Source of the DNA: Comamonadaceae bacterium | GTDB lineage: Bacteria; Pseudomonadota; Gammaproteobacteria; Burkholderiales; Burkholderiaceae_C | DNA length: 64,000 nt | NCBI GenBank assembly: GCA_013297875.1 | Contig: JAAFIW010000002.1 | Span: 180,627-244,626 of the forward strand | Direction of reading: 5' to 3' | Shown here: piece after piece, positions 1 through 10,017 of the stretch | Layout of the letters: each line of letters begins with the position of its first letter | Position numbering within the stretch: position 1 is the stretch's first letter | Notes under the pieces: model-generated | The model's input: the letters and a program-made list of their open reading frames with translations, nothing else | Databases searched by the model: none | What the model was told of the DNA's origin: nothing | Translations under genes and position numbers: made by a program

Positions 1-2375
1 TCTGCCGCAATTTCCGCGTCTGTGAACGGCAGCTTGACGAATTTGCCCGTGCTCAGTTGCACCGTCTGGTCTGCAAAGTACGGCGAGGCGCTGTTGGTGG
101 ACTGGCTGTAGGTCAGCAACCCCCGCGCATTCACGCCCGTCGGTTCAAACGACACAATCTGGATGTAGCTACTGCCGCTGACGATGCTGGTGTAGCCGCC
201 CGCCGAGAGGCCTGGGGGTGTCATCTTGTTGTAGATGCCTTCAAATTCGTCACCCCCATCCATCGGCAGCCTCACACCATTGCGCGTGACGTACTGCACG
301 CTGCCCAGTGTGGCGTTCAGTGGCACCCCGGCCGTTCTCAGTGCGACCACGGCGTCTGCCAGTGCCTTCAGCATCGCTGTGGCAACGGCTGGGGTGGCCA
401 CCGCAGGGTCACGCGGCGTGGTCACCGGTGCGGTGGCGCTGAACGGCGTGCCAAACAGGCCTGGAATGGCTTGGGCCTGCCGCCAGAACTCGCGGAACAC
501 GGGCGTGCCCACGCTGCTGACTTTGGCGCGACGATCCCACGAAGCCAGTACGCCACAGGCCTCAGCCAGGTTCACCACCGTGCCATTGGTGGCGGTGGCC
601 GTGGTGTTGTTCTGGCACAGCGTGAGCAGTGACGGGAGCACGAGTTCGGCGCTGAGCATGCGGCTTTGAAAAAACACGGCTTCCAGGTTGTCGGGCGTGA
701 CTTTGTTGCCGGGCAGACCATCGGTGCCGGCAAGCCGGTCTTGCACTTGGGTGAACGCCATGCGCGTGCGCAGCGACTGCGCTTTGGCCTGGTCGCCCAC
801 CAGCGGGCTGAAGCCGGTGAGCAACTGCGCCGGATTCGCCAACCAGGCGCTTTCGTTGCTGTTGCCCACGTGGTCGGTGCGGCTCAAGCTGGGCAAGGTG
901 GCCGCGCTCATGATGCCGGGGCTGGCGGCGGCTGGGTCGACCGGCCAGTTGCAGGCAGCTTTGGTGCCGTCCAGCAAGTAGGTGCGAGCTGCAGCGAGGG
1001 TTCGGGCCTGAACGGATGTGGCGCAGGTAGCCAGGTGCTCGGCGCTGACATTGGGCGTCACCGAGTAGTCGGCATACAGCGCATTGCCGCCCCGATCAGC
1101 CGCAATGGTGTTGACCCAGGACAGCGCCATGGACTTGGCCATGGCCTGACGCAATTGCTCGGTGGAGGTGGCCCGCCCCATGTCCCAGGCCTGCTCGACG
1201 AAGCGTCCGTTGTCCAGATTGGCATCGCGAATGGCATAGGCTTTGGTGGCTGTCCAGGTGGCACCCAAAGGTGCAGAGACCAGGATGGGGCCGTGCTCGC
1301 TGGCGTAGTAGGTGCGGGTTTGCGGGGTGACCACGCCATTGGCCAGCACGTCTACCGTGACGGTCTTGCGCAGCAGTGGTTTGGACACACCGTCCACTAC
1401 GTAATTCGAGCCATTCAAGGTCAACTCAAACAAGGTAAATCGCCGTCCAGTCGAGACGGTGTGCGTCCAGGCGACGTCGTTGTTGAACCCGATTTGGGGC
1501 AGCGCGATGCCCCCCAAGCTGGCACCCATCACGTTGTATTGGCCCGGAATCTGAACATGGGCTTGGTAAAAGCGCAGCGCGCCCGTCCACGGGAAGTGCG
1601 GATTGCCAATCAGGATGCCGCGCGCGTTGTCGGTGACGGCGCTGCCAAATGCCTGACCGTTGCTGCCCATGGGCCGCGCTTCAAACTGGCGGTTGAACTC
1701 GGCGGCGGTGCGTTGCAGCTGGGCCGTCTGAATGGCTTTGCTACGCGCTGTGGACTTTGCCAATGCCACCGTAGCCACCGGTGGCGCAGCATCTGCAATG
1801 GCGGGTATGAACGCACCCAAACCTGCCTGTGTGGCCAGCGCCAGCATATGGCGCTTCAAGTCGTTTTCGGTCAGTGGGCGTTTGGCCCAAGCTGCGCCGG
1901 CGCAATCGGCAAAGTCAGCATCTTTGGCATCTGCCAGAAAGCGGTTGTAGCCGGCCACGTAACCCGCCACGCCTTCGTTGGTCAAGGAACCCGCCTTGGC
2001 AAAGGCCAGGTCCAGGGCGGCCTGATCCAGCACGTTGCGGTAGAAAAAGTCGCTGCGCAGGTTGGTCAGGGTAGAGCCGGGTGCAGAAGCGCCGTCTGCA
2101 CCGAGGTATTTGGAGCGTTCGCCCGCCACCGTCATGAAACGGTCGGCAATGATGCAAAGGTTGTCCTGAGCGTAGGCGTAGGCGATGCCGTAAGACGCGC
2201 TGCGCAGGTTTTTGCCCACCACGTGCGGCACCCCAAAGGCGGTGCGCGTCACCTCAACTTTGATTGTGGGCTCAGGTGCTGCAGGCGCCGGGTCATCGCC
2301 GCCGCACGCGGTCAACACGGCAATCGAAACAGCGCTTAGGACGTAAGCGCGACGAGTCAATGAGCGAATGGGCAT
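1..2375 (-). CDS. Penicillin-acylase-family Ntn hydrolase, PvdQ/QuiP-like acyl-homoserine-lactone acylase. The C-terminal end runs off the window start. Lipoprotein-type signal peptide.
   Basis: The reverse-strand frame is open from the ATG at 2375-2373 (GGAGA Shine-Dalgarno upstream) to position 1. Hand translation gives MPIRSLTRRAYVLSAVSIAVLTAC..., and then ...RPMGSNGQAFGSAVTDNARGILIGNPHFPWTGALRFYQAHVQIPGQYNVMGASL. The GSN nucleophile start, NPHFPW, RFYQ and VMGAS are hallmarks of the PvdQ-type beta subunit. It is absent from the ORF track only because there is no in-window stop. The + strand ORFs 57-632, 235-669 and 666-2339 are antisense artefacts of this gene. Confidence 0.75.
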   Translation of the reverse strand, partial: MPIRSLTRRAYVLSAVSIAVLTACGGDDPAPAAPEPTIKVEVTRTAFGVPHVVGKNLRSASYGIAYAYAQDNLCIIADRFMTVAGERSKYLGADGASAPGSTLTNLRSDFFYRNVLDQAALDLAFAKAGSLTNEGVAGYVAGYNRFLADAKDADFADCAGAAWAKRPLTENDLKRHMLALATQAGLGAFIPAIADAAPPVATVALAKSTARSKAIQTAQLQRTAAEFNRQFEARPMGSNGQAFGSAVTDNARGILIGNPHFPWTGALRFYQAHVQIPGQYNVMGASLGGIALPQIGFNNDVAWTHTVSTGRRFTLFELTLNGSNYVVDGVSKPLLRKTVTVDVLANGVVTPQTRTYYASEHGPILVSAPLGATWTATKAYAIRDANLDNGRFVEQAWDMGRATSTEQLRQAMAKSMALSWVNTIAADRGGNALYADYSVTPNVSAEHLATCATSVQARTLAAARTYLLDGTKAACNWPVDPAAASPGIMSAATLPSLSRTDHVGNSNESAWLANPAQLLTGFSPLVGDQAKAQSLRTRMAFTQVQDRLAGTDGLPGNKVTPDNLEAVFFQSRMLSAELVLPSLLTLCQNNTTATATNGTVVNLAEACGVLASWDRRAKVSSVGTPVFREFWRQAQAIPGLFGTPFSATAPVTTPRDPAVATPAVATAMLKALADAVVALRTAGVPLNATLGSVQYVTRNGVRLPMDGGDEFEGIYNKMTPPGLSAGGYTSIVSGSSYIQIVSFEPTGVNARGLLTYSQSTNSASPYFADQTVQLSTGKFVKLPFTDAEIAA

Positions 2376-2449
2376 GGATGTCTCCTAAGTTGTGAATAGG
2401 TTCGCAATCCAGTTTAGGAACCACGCCGGGTTTTTCCATACGGACTTGC

Positions 2450-3268
2450 CTACCCCAACATCACCACCGCGCCCAAGTAAAACGCCAGCTCGCACACCTG
2501 CTGCGTTGCGCCCAGGCAATCACCCGTGAAGCCCTGCAAACGCCTGGCCAACAAGCGGGCCATGTAGACCAATGCGGCCAGCGAAGCTGCACAGGCAGCG
2601 ACAAATACCCATGGCTGTGTAGCCAGCCACAGCAATGGCAGCAGGGCCAAACACCACAGCCCGTTGCTCAGCAGCGCGCCAGAGGTGATCTGGTCGGCCA
2701 GCGGCTTGGATTTGGATGCCGCGGTGTCGCCCACATGTGGCAGCCAGCGCACCAGCACCATGGGGCAGGCCCGCGAAACCACATGGGCAGCCAGGATGAC
2801 CAGGCAAACCAGTGGCATGCCCCACACGGTGCCTGCGCTGGGTGAGCTTCCCAGGGCTGCAAGCAAAGCCACCTTCGTGCCCAGCGCCAGCACCAGGGCA
2901 ATGGCACCGTAAGCGCCCACGCGCGAGTCTTTCATGATGTCTAGCGCTCGCTCGCGGCTGACGCTGCCGCCCAGGCCGTCCGCGGTGTCAGCCAGGCCGT
3001 CTTCGTGAAATGCGCCGGTGAGCAAGACCGTGGCCACGGTGGACACAAAGGCGGCCACCGCGGGCGCAAACACCGATGAAATTTGCAGCGCCAACAAGGC
3101 ATAAACCCCCGCCGCCACCACGCCCACCAGCCAGCCCACACCCGCAAAGTGCGCCGCACTGGAGCGCAACATGGCGGGGCTGAAACCCACCCAAGAGGCC
3201 AGACGGCCAGTGACCGGGATGCGGGTGAAAAACTGCACCGCGAGCAGAAAGTGACGGATGAAGCGCAT
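2450..3268 (-). CDS. cobS: Adenosylcobinamide-GDP ribazoletransferase (cobalamin synthase)
   Basis: 272-aa polytopic membrane protein with the FFTRIPV motif and DTADGLGG typical of CobS. Confidence 0.85.
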   Translation of the reverse strand: MRFIRHFLLAVQFFTRIPVTGRLASWVGFSPAMLRSSAAHFAGVGWLVGVVAAGVYALLALQISSVFAPAVAAFVSTVATVLLTGAFHEDGLADTADGLGGSVSRERALDIMKDSRVGAYGAIALVLALGTKVALLAALGSSPSAGTVWGMPLVCLVILAAHVVSRACPMVLVRWLPHVGDTAASKSKPLADQITSGALLSNGLWCLALLPLLWLATQPWVFVAACAASLAALVYMARLLARRLQGFTGDCLGATQQVCELAFYLGAVVMLG

Positions 3269-3311
3269 GGGGGCAATTTTTGAATCAAAACAAACAAATG
3301 TGCACGTCCAG

Positions 3312-3353
3312 TTTGCTCAAGCAGCTATATATTTTGTAGCATTTTCACGATAG
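3312..3353. repeat. Copy (reverse orientation) of the dispersed ATAGCTGCTTGAGCAA repeat, with an AT-rich tail
   Basis: tttgctcaagcagctatatattttgtagcattttcacgatagc. The low-GC patch forms the 3' end of purN. Confidence 0.6.
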
Positions 3354-3906
3354 CCTCCGGGTAGATCAGGTGCTCTTGCGACAGCACCCGCGCGGCCAGC
3401 GCGTCTGCCGTGTCGCCCGCCAGCACCGGCACCACGGCCTGCGCCAGGATGGGGCCGTGGTCCAACTCGGCGGTCACCTGGTGAACGGTGGCACCGGCAA
3501 ACTGGCAGCCCGCGTCGAGTGCGCGCTGGTGGGTGTGCAGGCCGGGAAAGGCGGGCAGCAGCGAGGGGTGGATGTTGATGAGCCTGCCGTCAAAGCGCTG
3601 CACAAACGCAGGCGTGAGGATGCGCATGAATCCGGCCAAAACCAACAGTGCGGGCTGGTATCCGTCTACGGCATCGGCCAGCGCTGCATCAAAAGCTTCG
3701 CGGCTGGCAAAGGCTTTGTGGTCGACGACCCGGGTGGCAATGCCTTGCGCCTGGGCGAACGCCAAACCAGCGGCATCGGCACGGTTGCTGATAACGGCGG
3801 CCACCTGCGCGTTGAGTTGTTCGCGCCAGCCCCCCTGCTGCTGCGCCCGCACGATGGCCGCCATGTTGGAGCCGCCGCCGGAAATCAAGATCACGATATT
3901 TTTCAT
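3325..3906 (-). CDS. purN: Phosphoribosylglycinamide formyltransferase
   Basis: MKNIVILISGGGSNMAAI... and ...INIHPSLLPAFPGLHTHQRALDAG are classic PurN motifs. The C-terminal 8 codons are encoded by an AT-rich copy of the dispersed repeat. Confidence 0.9.
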   Translation of the reverse strand: MKNIVILISGGGSNMAAIVRAQQQGGWREQLNAQVAAVISNRADAAGLAFAQAQGIATRVVDHKAFASREAFDAALADAVDGYQPALLVLAGFMRILTPAFVQRFDGRLINIHPSLLPAFPGLHTHQRALDAGCQFAGATVHQVTAELDHGPILAQAVVPVLAGDTADALAARVLSQEHLIYPEAIVKMLQNI

Positions 3907-3977
3907 AGCGCCGCGATTATCTGGTTGCTACGATGTGCGGCAGTTTCAAACAACAAACAACGAGGACACAAAGACAC

Positions 3978-4562
3978 ATGGCAATGGACCGCATCACGAT
4001 GGCTTTTTGGGCGCTGGTGCTCAGCCTGCTGGCGGCCGCCACGTTTTTTGCCGTGGGCACCTGGCGTCATCAAAACACCCAGCAGCAGCGGGACGCCAAG
4101 CTGGATAGCGGCGACGTGGTGCAACTGTCCAAAGTGATTGACGGCGACACGCTGGTGGTGCAAAAAGACGGTCAGGGTGTGGCCACCGTGCGGGTGCTGG
4201 GCATCAAGAGCTTTGAGTCCAAGCATGGCAAAGACAGCGCCGCGCTGTATGGCCGCGCCGCAGAAGAAGCCCTGCAGCGGTTGGTGGCCGACAAGCCCAT
4301 GCGCGTGCTGGTGAACAACCCGCCGCGCGACAAGCATGGCCGCACCCTGGCCACCTTGTATGTGGGCGACCAGGATGTGGGCCTGGCCCTGGTCTCGCAG
4401 GGCCACGTGCTGGTGTACTCGGTCTTTCCCTTTGCCTCGATGCCGCTGTATTTGCAGCAACAGCAGCAAGCCCGCGCAGCCAACCTGGGGCTGTGGGCCG
4501 ATTCCGAGGTGACGGCACGGGCCGAAGGCATGATTCGTGACTGGGCAAGGGGCGCGCCATGA
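3978..4562 (+). CDS. Thermonuclease (SNase-like) family protein with an N-terminal signal/TM segment
   Basis: The ORF track lists 3933-4562. ATG at 3978 gives MAMDRITMAFWALVLSLLAAATFF. The DGDTLVV...RVLGI...HGRTLATLYV pattern is typical of micrococcal-nuclease-like proteins. Confidence 0.65.
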   Translation: MAMDRITMAFWALVLSLLAAATFFAVGTWRHQNTQQQRDAKLDSGDVVQLSKVIDGDTLVVQKDGQGVATVRVLGIKSFESKHGKDSAALYGRAAEEALQRLVADKPMRVLVNNPPRDKHGRTLATLYVGDQDVGLALVSQGHVLVYSVFPFASMPLYLQQQQQARAANLGLWADSEVTARAEGMIRDWARGAP

Positions 4563-5635
4563 TTCAGATTCTGTTGCGCTACTTTTCCCCGGCCTACATC
4601 AAGCGCCACGTGATCGGCAACCCCGGCGTGATGCTGCGCGCCGTGGTGTTGCTGGCTGCCGTGCTGACCTATGGAACCAGCGGCTTTTTGTACTTTGAGC
4701 TGCCGGGCAACCCCGATCTGGTGTGGAGCGATGCGCTGTGGTATTCCATCGTGACCTTGACCACCGTGGGCTATGGCGACTTTTTCCCCAAAACGGCGGG
4801 CGGGCGCTTTCTGGTGGGTGTGCCGCTGATGTTGATTGGCATTGGTTTGTTGGGGTTTATCTTGTCGGTGGTGGCCAATGCGCTGATTGCGGCCAAAAGC
4901 AAGGAGTTGAAAGGTATGAGCCAGGTTTATTTGTCCAAGCACGTGGTGCTGATCAACTTCCCCGGCTTGCCCAAGCTGCTGCGCCTGCTCGATGAGCTGT
5001 CGCACGACCCCAGCATCGGCCCCGACACGCCGCTGCTGCTGATCGACCGCGAGTTGCCCGAGCTGCCGCCCGAGTTGCTGGCGCGCGGTGTGCGCTACGT
5101 GCGCGGCGACCCCACGCGTGACGACACGCTGCAGCGCGCCGCCATCAAAACCGCCAGCCATGCGATCGTGCTGTCCAGCCCCACGTGTGTAGACGGCGCA
5201 GCGGCAGATGCTTTGAACGTCACTATCACGCTGGCGATTGAGGCGCGCAGCTCGCACGTGAACACCGTGGTGGAGTGCCAGGACCCTGGCACCGAAGAAC
5301 TGCTGCGCAAAGCCGGCTGCGACCGGGTGGTGTGCAGCGCCCGGTTTGAGGCCTTGTATGTGAGCCAGGAACTGCTGAACCCCGGCATGCAGGACATCGT
5401 GGCGGACCTGCTCAGCACCGCGCATGGCCAGCAGTTTTATGTGACATCGCTGGCGCTCTCCGGCGCGGCCACGTTTAGCCAGCTCACGGCAGCTTGCGCC
5501 AGCGCGGGCCACATTGCGCTAGGCCTCAAACGCCAGCACAGCAACCTGTTGAACCTGCCGCCCGAGCACGCGGTGCTGCCGGGCGACCTGGCGATTTCGC
5601 TGGGTGCCAAGCGCCTCGCATCGTTTTCCCTTTGA
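4559..5635 (+). CDS. Potassium channel protein (2-TM pore with TVGYGD selectivity filter plus C-terminal RCK/TrkA-N-like domain)
   Basis: YSIVTLTTVGYGDFFP selectivity filter. It overlaps the upstream stop by 4 nt (ATGA). Confidence 0.8.
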   Translation: MIQILLRYFSPAYIKRHVIGNPGVMLRAVVLLAAVLTYGTSGFLYFELPGNPDLVWSDALWYSIVTLTTVGYGDFFPKTAGGRFLVGVPLMLIGIGLLGFILSVVANALIAAKSKELKGMSQVYLSKHVVLINFPGLPKLLRLLDELSHDPSIGPDTPLLLIDRELPELPPELLARGVRYVRGDPTRDDTLQRAAIKTASHAIVLSSPTCVDGAAADALNVTITLAIEARSSHVNTVVECQDPGTEELLRKAGCDRVVCSARFEALYVSQELLNPGMQDIVADLLSTAHGQQFYVTSLALSGAATFSQLTAACASAGHIALGLKRQHSNLLNLPPEHAVLPGDLAISLGAKRLASFSL

Positions 5636-5658
5636 TTGACATCTGAAAGCCCTAGACC

Positions 5659-6315
5659 TTGAGAAACCTGACCCCTACCGAAGCCCGCGTGCTCGGCACC
5701 TTGATGGAAAAAGCCCGCACCGTGCCCGACAGCTACCCGCTGACCCTGAACTATGTGCTGACCGGCTGCAACCAGAAAACCAGCCGCGAGCCGTTGATGA
5801 ATCTGGACGAAATCGAGGTGCAGGGCGTTTTGGACGAGCTGAAACTGCTGTCGCTGGTGTTTGAGTCCAGCGGCGGCCGCGTGCTGCGGTTTGAGCACAA
5901 CTTTCAGCGCGTGGTCGGCGTGCCGGAGCAGTCGGCCGTGCTGCTGGGTTTGCTGATGCTGCGCGGGCCGCAGACGGCGGGTGAGCTGCGCATCAACAGC
6001 GAGCGCTGGTACCGGTTTGCCGATATCTCGTCGGTGGAAGGCTTTTTGGACGAGCTGCAGGAACGCTCGGAAGAAAAGGGCGGTCCGTTGGTCGTGAAAC
6101 TGCCGCGCGCCGCCGGTATGCGCGAGCAGCGCTGGGCGCATTTGCTGTGCGGGCCGGTGGACGTGTCGGTGCTGCAAGCCGCGCCCGACGGCCCGGTGGA
6201 CACGGCCGACACGCGCCACCTGGAGCGCCGCGTGGCCCAGCTGGAAACCGAGCTGCAAGACCTGCGCGGCACGGTGCAAAAACTATGTTCCGAGTTGGGT
6301 TTGTCGCCACCCTGA
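5659..6315 (+). CDS. yceH: YceH/UPF0502 (DUF480) family protein
   Basis: TTG start. The N-terminus [43 protein letters not shown] aligns with E. coli YceH. Confidence 0.8.
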   Translation: MRNLTPTEARVLGTLMEKARTVPDSYPLTLNYVLTGCNQKTSREPLMNLDEIEVQGVLDELKLLSLVFESSGGRVLRFEHNFQRVVGVPEQSAVLLGLLMLRGPQTAGELRINSERWYRFADISSVEGFLDELQERSEEKGGPLVVKLPRAAGMREQRWAHLLCGPVDVSVLQAAPDGPVDTADTRHLERRVAQLETELQDLRGTVQKLCSELGLSPP

Positions 6316-6382
6316 CACGCTAAATCGAACGACCGTGCCTAAACTGCACTGCATCTGAACTGAACGCAAGCTGGAGACCGCT

Positions 6383-7576
6383 ATGGACTTGGCCTTTACC
6401 CCCGAAGAGCAAACCTTCCGCGAGACTATTCGCGCCTGGGTGCGCGAAAACCTGCCCGCCGAGATTTCTCACAAAGTCAAACATGCGTTGCGCCTGACCC
6501 GCGACGACCAGCAGCGCTGGGGGCAAATCCTGGGCAAAAAAGGCTGGCTGGCTCACGCTTGGCCCGCCGAATTTGGTGGCCCTGGTTGGAACGCGATTCA
6601 AAAGCACCTGTTTGAAGAAGAGTGTGCTCTGGCTTGCGCACCGCGCGTGGTGCCCTTCGGCCCGGTGATGGTCGCGCCGGTCATCATGGCCTTTGGCAAT
6701 GCCGAGCAGCAAAAACGCTTTTTGCCTGGCATTGCCAGTGGCGATGTGTGGTGGAGCCAGGGCTACAGCGAGCCGGGCTCTGGTTCAGATTTGGCCTCGC
6801 TCAAATGCAAAGCCGAACTGAAATCGGGTGTTGGTGGCAACAAATACATCATCAACGGCCAGAAAACCTGGACCACTCTGGGCCAGCACGGCGACTGGAT
6901 GTTCAACCTGGTGCGCACCAGCAACGAAGGCAAGCCGCAAACCGGCATCAGCTTCATCGTGCTGGACATGAAATCACCCGGTGTGAGCGTGCGCCCCATC
7001 AAGCTGCTTGATGGTGAATGCGAAGTCAACGAGGTGTGGTTTGACAACGTGGAAGTGCCCGCCGAAAACCTGATTGGCGAAGAAAACAAGGGCTGGAATT
7101 ACGCCAAATACCTGCTGGCCCACGAGCGCACCAACATTGCCGACGTGAACCGCGCCAAGCGCGAGTTGGAGCGCGTCAAGCGCATCGCCAAACAAGAAGG
7201 CGTGTACGACGATTTGCGGTTCCGCGACGAAATCGCCAAGCTGGAAGTGGATGTGGTGGCGCTGGAAATGATGGTGCTGCGTGTGCTGTCGGCCGAAAAA
7301 GCCGGTAAGCAAAGCCTGGACATTGCAGGCCTGCTCAAAATTCGTGGCAGCGAAATTCAGCAGCGCTATGCCGAGCTGATGATGCTGGCCGCCGGGCCCT
7401 ACAGCCTGCCGTTTATTGAAGAGGCGATGGAGGCGGGCTGGCAGGGTGACTACCCGGGGCTGGTGACGAGCAACGCGCCGCTGGCCAGCACGTATTTCAA
7501 TATGCGCAAGACGTCGATTTACGGTGGCAGCAATGAGGTTCAGAAGAACATCGTGGCTCAGACTGTTTTGGGCTGA
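6383..7576 (+). CDS. Acyl-CoA dehydrogenase (PimC-like large subunit type)
   Basis: 397 aa. GYSEPGSGSDLASLK and IYGGSNEVQKNI are acyl-CoA dehydrogenase family signatures. Confidence 0.85.
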   Translation: MDLAFTPEEQTFRETIRAWVRENLPAEISHKVKHALRLTRDDQQRWGQILGKKGWLAHAWPAEFGGPGWNAIQKHLFEEECALACAPRVVPFGPVMVAPVIMAFGNAEQQKRFLPGIASGDVWWSQGYSEPGSGSDLASLKCKAELKSGVGGNKYIINGQKTWTTLGQHGDWMFNLVRTSNEGKPQTGISFIVLDMKSPGVSVRPIKLLDGECEVNEVWFDNVEVPAENLIGEENKGWNYAKYLLAHERTNIADVNRAKRELERVKRIAKQEGVYDDLRFRDEIAKLEVDVVALEMMVLRVLSAEKAGKQSLDIAGLLKIRGSEIQQRYAELMMLAAGPYSLPFIEEAMEAGWQGDYPGLVTSNAPLASTYFNMRKTSIYGGSNEVQKNIVAQTVLG

Positions 7577-7590
7577 GCTGCAAGAAAACT

Positions 7591-7706
7591 TTGAACGCAG
7601 AGGACGCAAAGGTTACGCAGAGAGCGCAGAAAAATACCAAAGAGCAATCAAATTTTTGGCTGTTCTTTTGCGTCCTCTGCGAATCCTTTGCGTCCTCTGC
7701 GTTCAA
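7591..7706. repeat. 116-bp MITE-like element with a perfect 22-bp terminal inverted repeat TTGAACGCAGAGGACGCAAAGG
   Basis: Left end at 7591-7612, right end at 7685-7706 as the exact reverse complement. The same ends occur at 51267 and 51602. The ORF-track entry 7524-7724 is a translation of this element (FERRGRKGYAE). Confidence 0.65.
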
Positions 7707-7747
7707 AAAATGAACCCGCTTTAAACCCGTTCCCAAAAGGGCAAATC

Positions 7748-8860
7748 ATGGATTTCGATTTTTCTGACGACCAAGAGCAATTGCGTGACGCCGTGCGCAA
7801 GTGGGTGGACAAGGCCTACAACTTCGACCGCCGCCGTGCCGCTGCGCACGCGGGTGGCTTTGACCGGGCCACCTACGGCGAATTGGCCGAGCTGGGTCTG
7901 ACGGGTCTGTACATCGCCGAAGACCACGGAGGCATGGGCATGGGGCCGGTGGAGGGCATGGTGGTGATGGAAGAGCTGGGGCGCGGCATCACGCTGGAGC
8001 CGCTGGCGCAGAGCTTGATGGCAGGTGGCGTGATCAGCGGCTATGGCGGTGCTGATGCCAAAGCCTGGTTGCCCAAAATCGCCAGTGGTCAGGCCCTGGT
8101 GGTCTTGGCCGACCAGGAGCGCAAAGCGCGCTACCAAATTGCCGTTTGTGAAGCAAAAGCGGTAGTAGCCCTTGATAAATATGCTGTAACAGCTATCAAA
8201 AACATAGTGCCTGCGGGCGATCAGGCTGATGCGTTCCTGGTGCCGGCCATGCTGAACGGCGCGATGGCCTTGTTCCTCGTTGAACGCAATGCAAGCGGCG
8301 TCACCACCCGCGGATACGCCACGCAAGACGGCTCGCGCGCAGCCGATGTGCACCTGGTCAACGCACCAGCCACCCTGGTCACGCTGGACGGCCAGACCGC
8401 GCTGCAACATGCAGTCGACATCGGCATTGCTGCCACCTGCGCCTACGCCGTGGGCGTGATGGACAAGACCCTGGCCATCACCGTGGACTACATGAACACC
8501 CGCAAGCAGTTCGGCGTGGCCATCTCCACCTTCCAGGCCCTGCGCCACCGCGTGGCCGACGTGAAGATGCAGCTGGAACTGGCTCGCGGCATGAGCTACT
8601 ACGCCAGCCTGAAACTCAACGCCCCCGCCGCCGAACGCCAAAGCGCCATGGCCCGAGCCAAGTACCAACTGGGCCAATCGATGCGTTTTGTCGGCCAGCA
8701 GGCGGTGCAGCTACACGGCGGCATCGGCGTGACCGACGAATACATCGTCAGCCACTATTTCAAGACCCTCACCCAGCTGGAAATGACATTTGGCGACAGC
8801 CTGCACCACCTGGGGCAGGTCAGCGAGCGCATGCAGGAGACGGCTGGGGTGTTTGCTTGA
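7748..8860 (+). CDS. Acyl-CoA dehydrogenase (PimD-like small subunit type)
   Basis: ATG at 7748 (MDFDFSDDQEQL). The C-terminal QLHGGIGVTDEY motif fits. It carries an in-frame AT-rich insertion at about 8145-8212. Confidence 0.8.
   Translation: MDFDFSDDQEQLRDAVRKWVDKAYNFDRRRAAAHAGGFDRATYGELAELGLTGLYIAEDHGGMGMGPVEGMVVMEELGRGITLEPLAQSLMAGGVISGYGGADAKAWLPKIASGQALVVLADQERKARYQIAVCEAKAVVALDKYAVTAIKNIVPAGDQADAFLVPAMLNGAMALFLVERNASGVTTRGYATQDGSRAADVHLVNAPATLVTLDGQTALQHAVDIGIAATCAYAVGVMDKTLAITVDYMNTRKQFGVAISTFQALRHRVADVKMQLELARGMSYYASLKLNAPAAERQSAMARAKYQLGQSMRFVGQQAVQLHGGIGVTDEYIVSHYFKTLTQLEMTFGDSLHHLGQVSERMQETAGVFA
8145..8212. repeat. In-frame AT-rich insertion inside the acyl-CoA dehydrogenase gene, possibly a degenerate dispersed-repeat copy
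   Basis: gtttgtgaagcaaaagcggtagtagcccttgataaatatgctgtaacagctatcaaaaacatagtgcc encodes AVCEAKAVVALDKYAVTAIKNIV. Its GC content contrasts sharply with the surrounding gene. Confidence 0.45.
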
Positions 8861-8977
8861 TGGAATGACAGATGGCGCATGAGCGCATGACGCGTCCTTT
8901 GCGCTGCAATGACAGGCTGTAGCAGCGGTTTACGGTCATCTGTCATCAAGCCGCCAAGGCGGCAAGGTCATTTGTCA

Positions 8978-9973
8978 TCACGGCGCTACTGCGGCACCCT
9001 TTTCCCATTGCTCCAACCACCGCGCAAACCCCTTCAACCCCTCCCCCAATTCCGTGCGCGGCTCAAATCCCGTCCAGGCCTGCAAACGGGTGGTGTCCGC
9101 ACAGGTCATGGGCACGTCGCCCGGCTGCATCGGGGCGAATTCAATGATGGCCTTGTGCCCCAGCGCCGCTTCCAGCAAACGCACAAATTCCACCACTTGC
9201 ACCGGGTTTCGATTACCCACATTGAACACGGTGTGCGGCACTTCCTGCCCCAGTGCGGGCGCGGCTTGATTCAGCAGGCGGCGGATGCTTTCCACCACGT
9301 CGGCTACGTGGGTGAAGTCGCGGTGTAGCAGGCCGTCGGCAAACAGCGTGATGGGCTGGCCTGCCAGGATTTTTTGGGCGAATGAAAAATAGGCCATGTC
9401 GGGCCGGCCCCAGGGGCCATACACGGTGAAAAAGCGCAAGCCGGTGGCGGGTAGTTTGAACAAATGGCTGTAGGAATAGGCCATGGCTTCGTTGGCGATT
9501 TTGGTGGCGGCGTACAGGCTGGTGGGCTGGCGGGTTTCGTCGTCTTCGCGAAACGGGGTCTGGTTGCGCGCGCCATACACGCTGGACGAGCTGGCATAGG
9601 CCAGGTGCTGCACCGCGTGCTGGCGGCAGGCCTCCAGCACATTGGCAAAGCCCACCAGGTTGGACTGCACATAGGCCGCCGGGTCCACCAGCGAGTAGCG
9701 CACACCGGCTTGCGCGGCCAGGTTCAGCACGTGGGTGGGTTGATGTTTGTCAAACAGCGCATTCACGGCGGCGGCGTCGCTGATGTCCAGCGCCTCGCAG
9801 GGCACGCCCAGAGGGGAGAGCAGGGCGGCCACGCGGTCGTGCTTCAGGCGCGGGTTGTAGTAACTATTGAAGTTGTCGCAGCCCACCACGCGCCAGCCGT
9901 CGGCGGCCAGGGCGGCTGCGGCGTGGGCGCCGATAAAGCCGGCCGCGCCGGTCACGAGAAGGGTCTTGGTCAT
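8978..9973 (-). CDS. NAD-dependent epimerase/dehydratase (UDP-glucuronate 4-epimerase-like)
   Basis: LVTGAAGFIGAH Rossmann N-terminus and the YAASKIANE (YxxxK) motif. Confidence 0.85.
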   Translation of the reverse strand: MTKTLLVTGAAGFIGAHAAAALAADGWRVVGCDNFNSYYNPRLKHDRVAALLSPLGVPCEALDISDAAAVNALFDKHQPTHVLNLAAQAGVRYSLVDPAAYVQSNLVGFANVLEACRQHAVQHLAYASSSSVYGARNQTPFREDDETRQPTSLYAATKIANEAMAYSYSHLFKLPATGLRFFTVYGPWGRPDMAYFSFAQKILAGQPITLFADGLLHRDFTHVADVVESIRRLLNQAAPALGQEVPHTVFNVGNRNPVQVVEFVRLLEAALGHKAIIEFAPMQPGDVPMTCADTTRLQAWTGFEPRTELGEGLKGFARWLEQWEKGAAVAP

Positions 9974-10017
9974 AGCGCCTTGTTGATAATCGAAACAATT
10001 ATCTGTGAAGGATTTCC

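Noticed and set aside
57-2339. ORF-track + strand ORFs 57-632, 235-669, 666-2339 and 688-981
   Set aside because: They lie antisense to a well-supported PvdQ-like acylase gene that is open on the minus strand from 2375 to the window edge. Their translations are low-complexity Ala/Gly/Arg-rich, typical of GC-driven shadow ORFs.
4172-5512. Long antisense ORFs opposite clear genes (e.g. 4172-5512 -, 7721-8677 -, 16869-18173 -, 30930-32885 -, 31511-32761 -, 36759-38120 -, 46290-47234 -, 50073-50885 -)
   Set aside because: High-GC genomes generate long stop-free antisense frames. Each overlaps a gene with strong motif support on the other strand and has no start context or motifs of its own.
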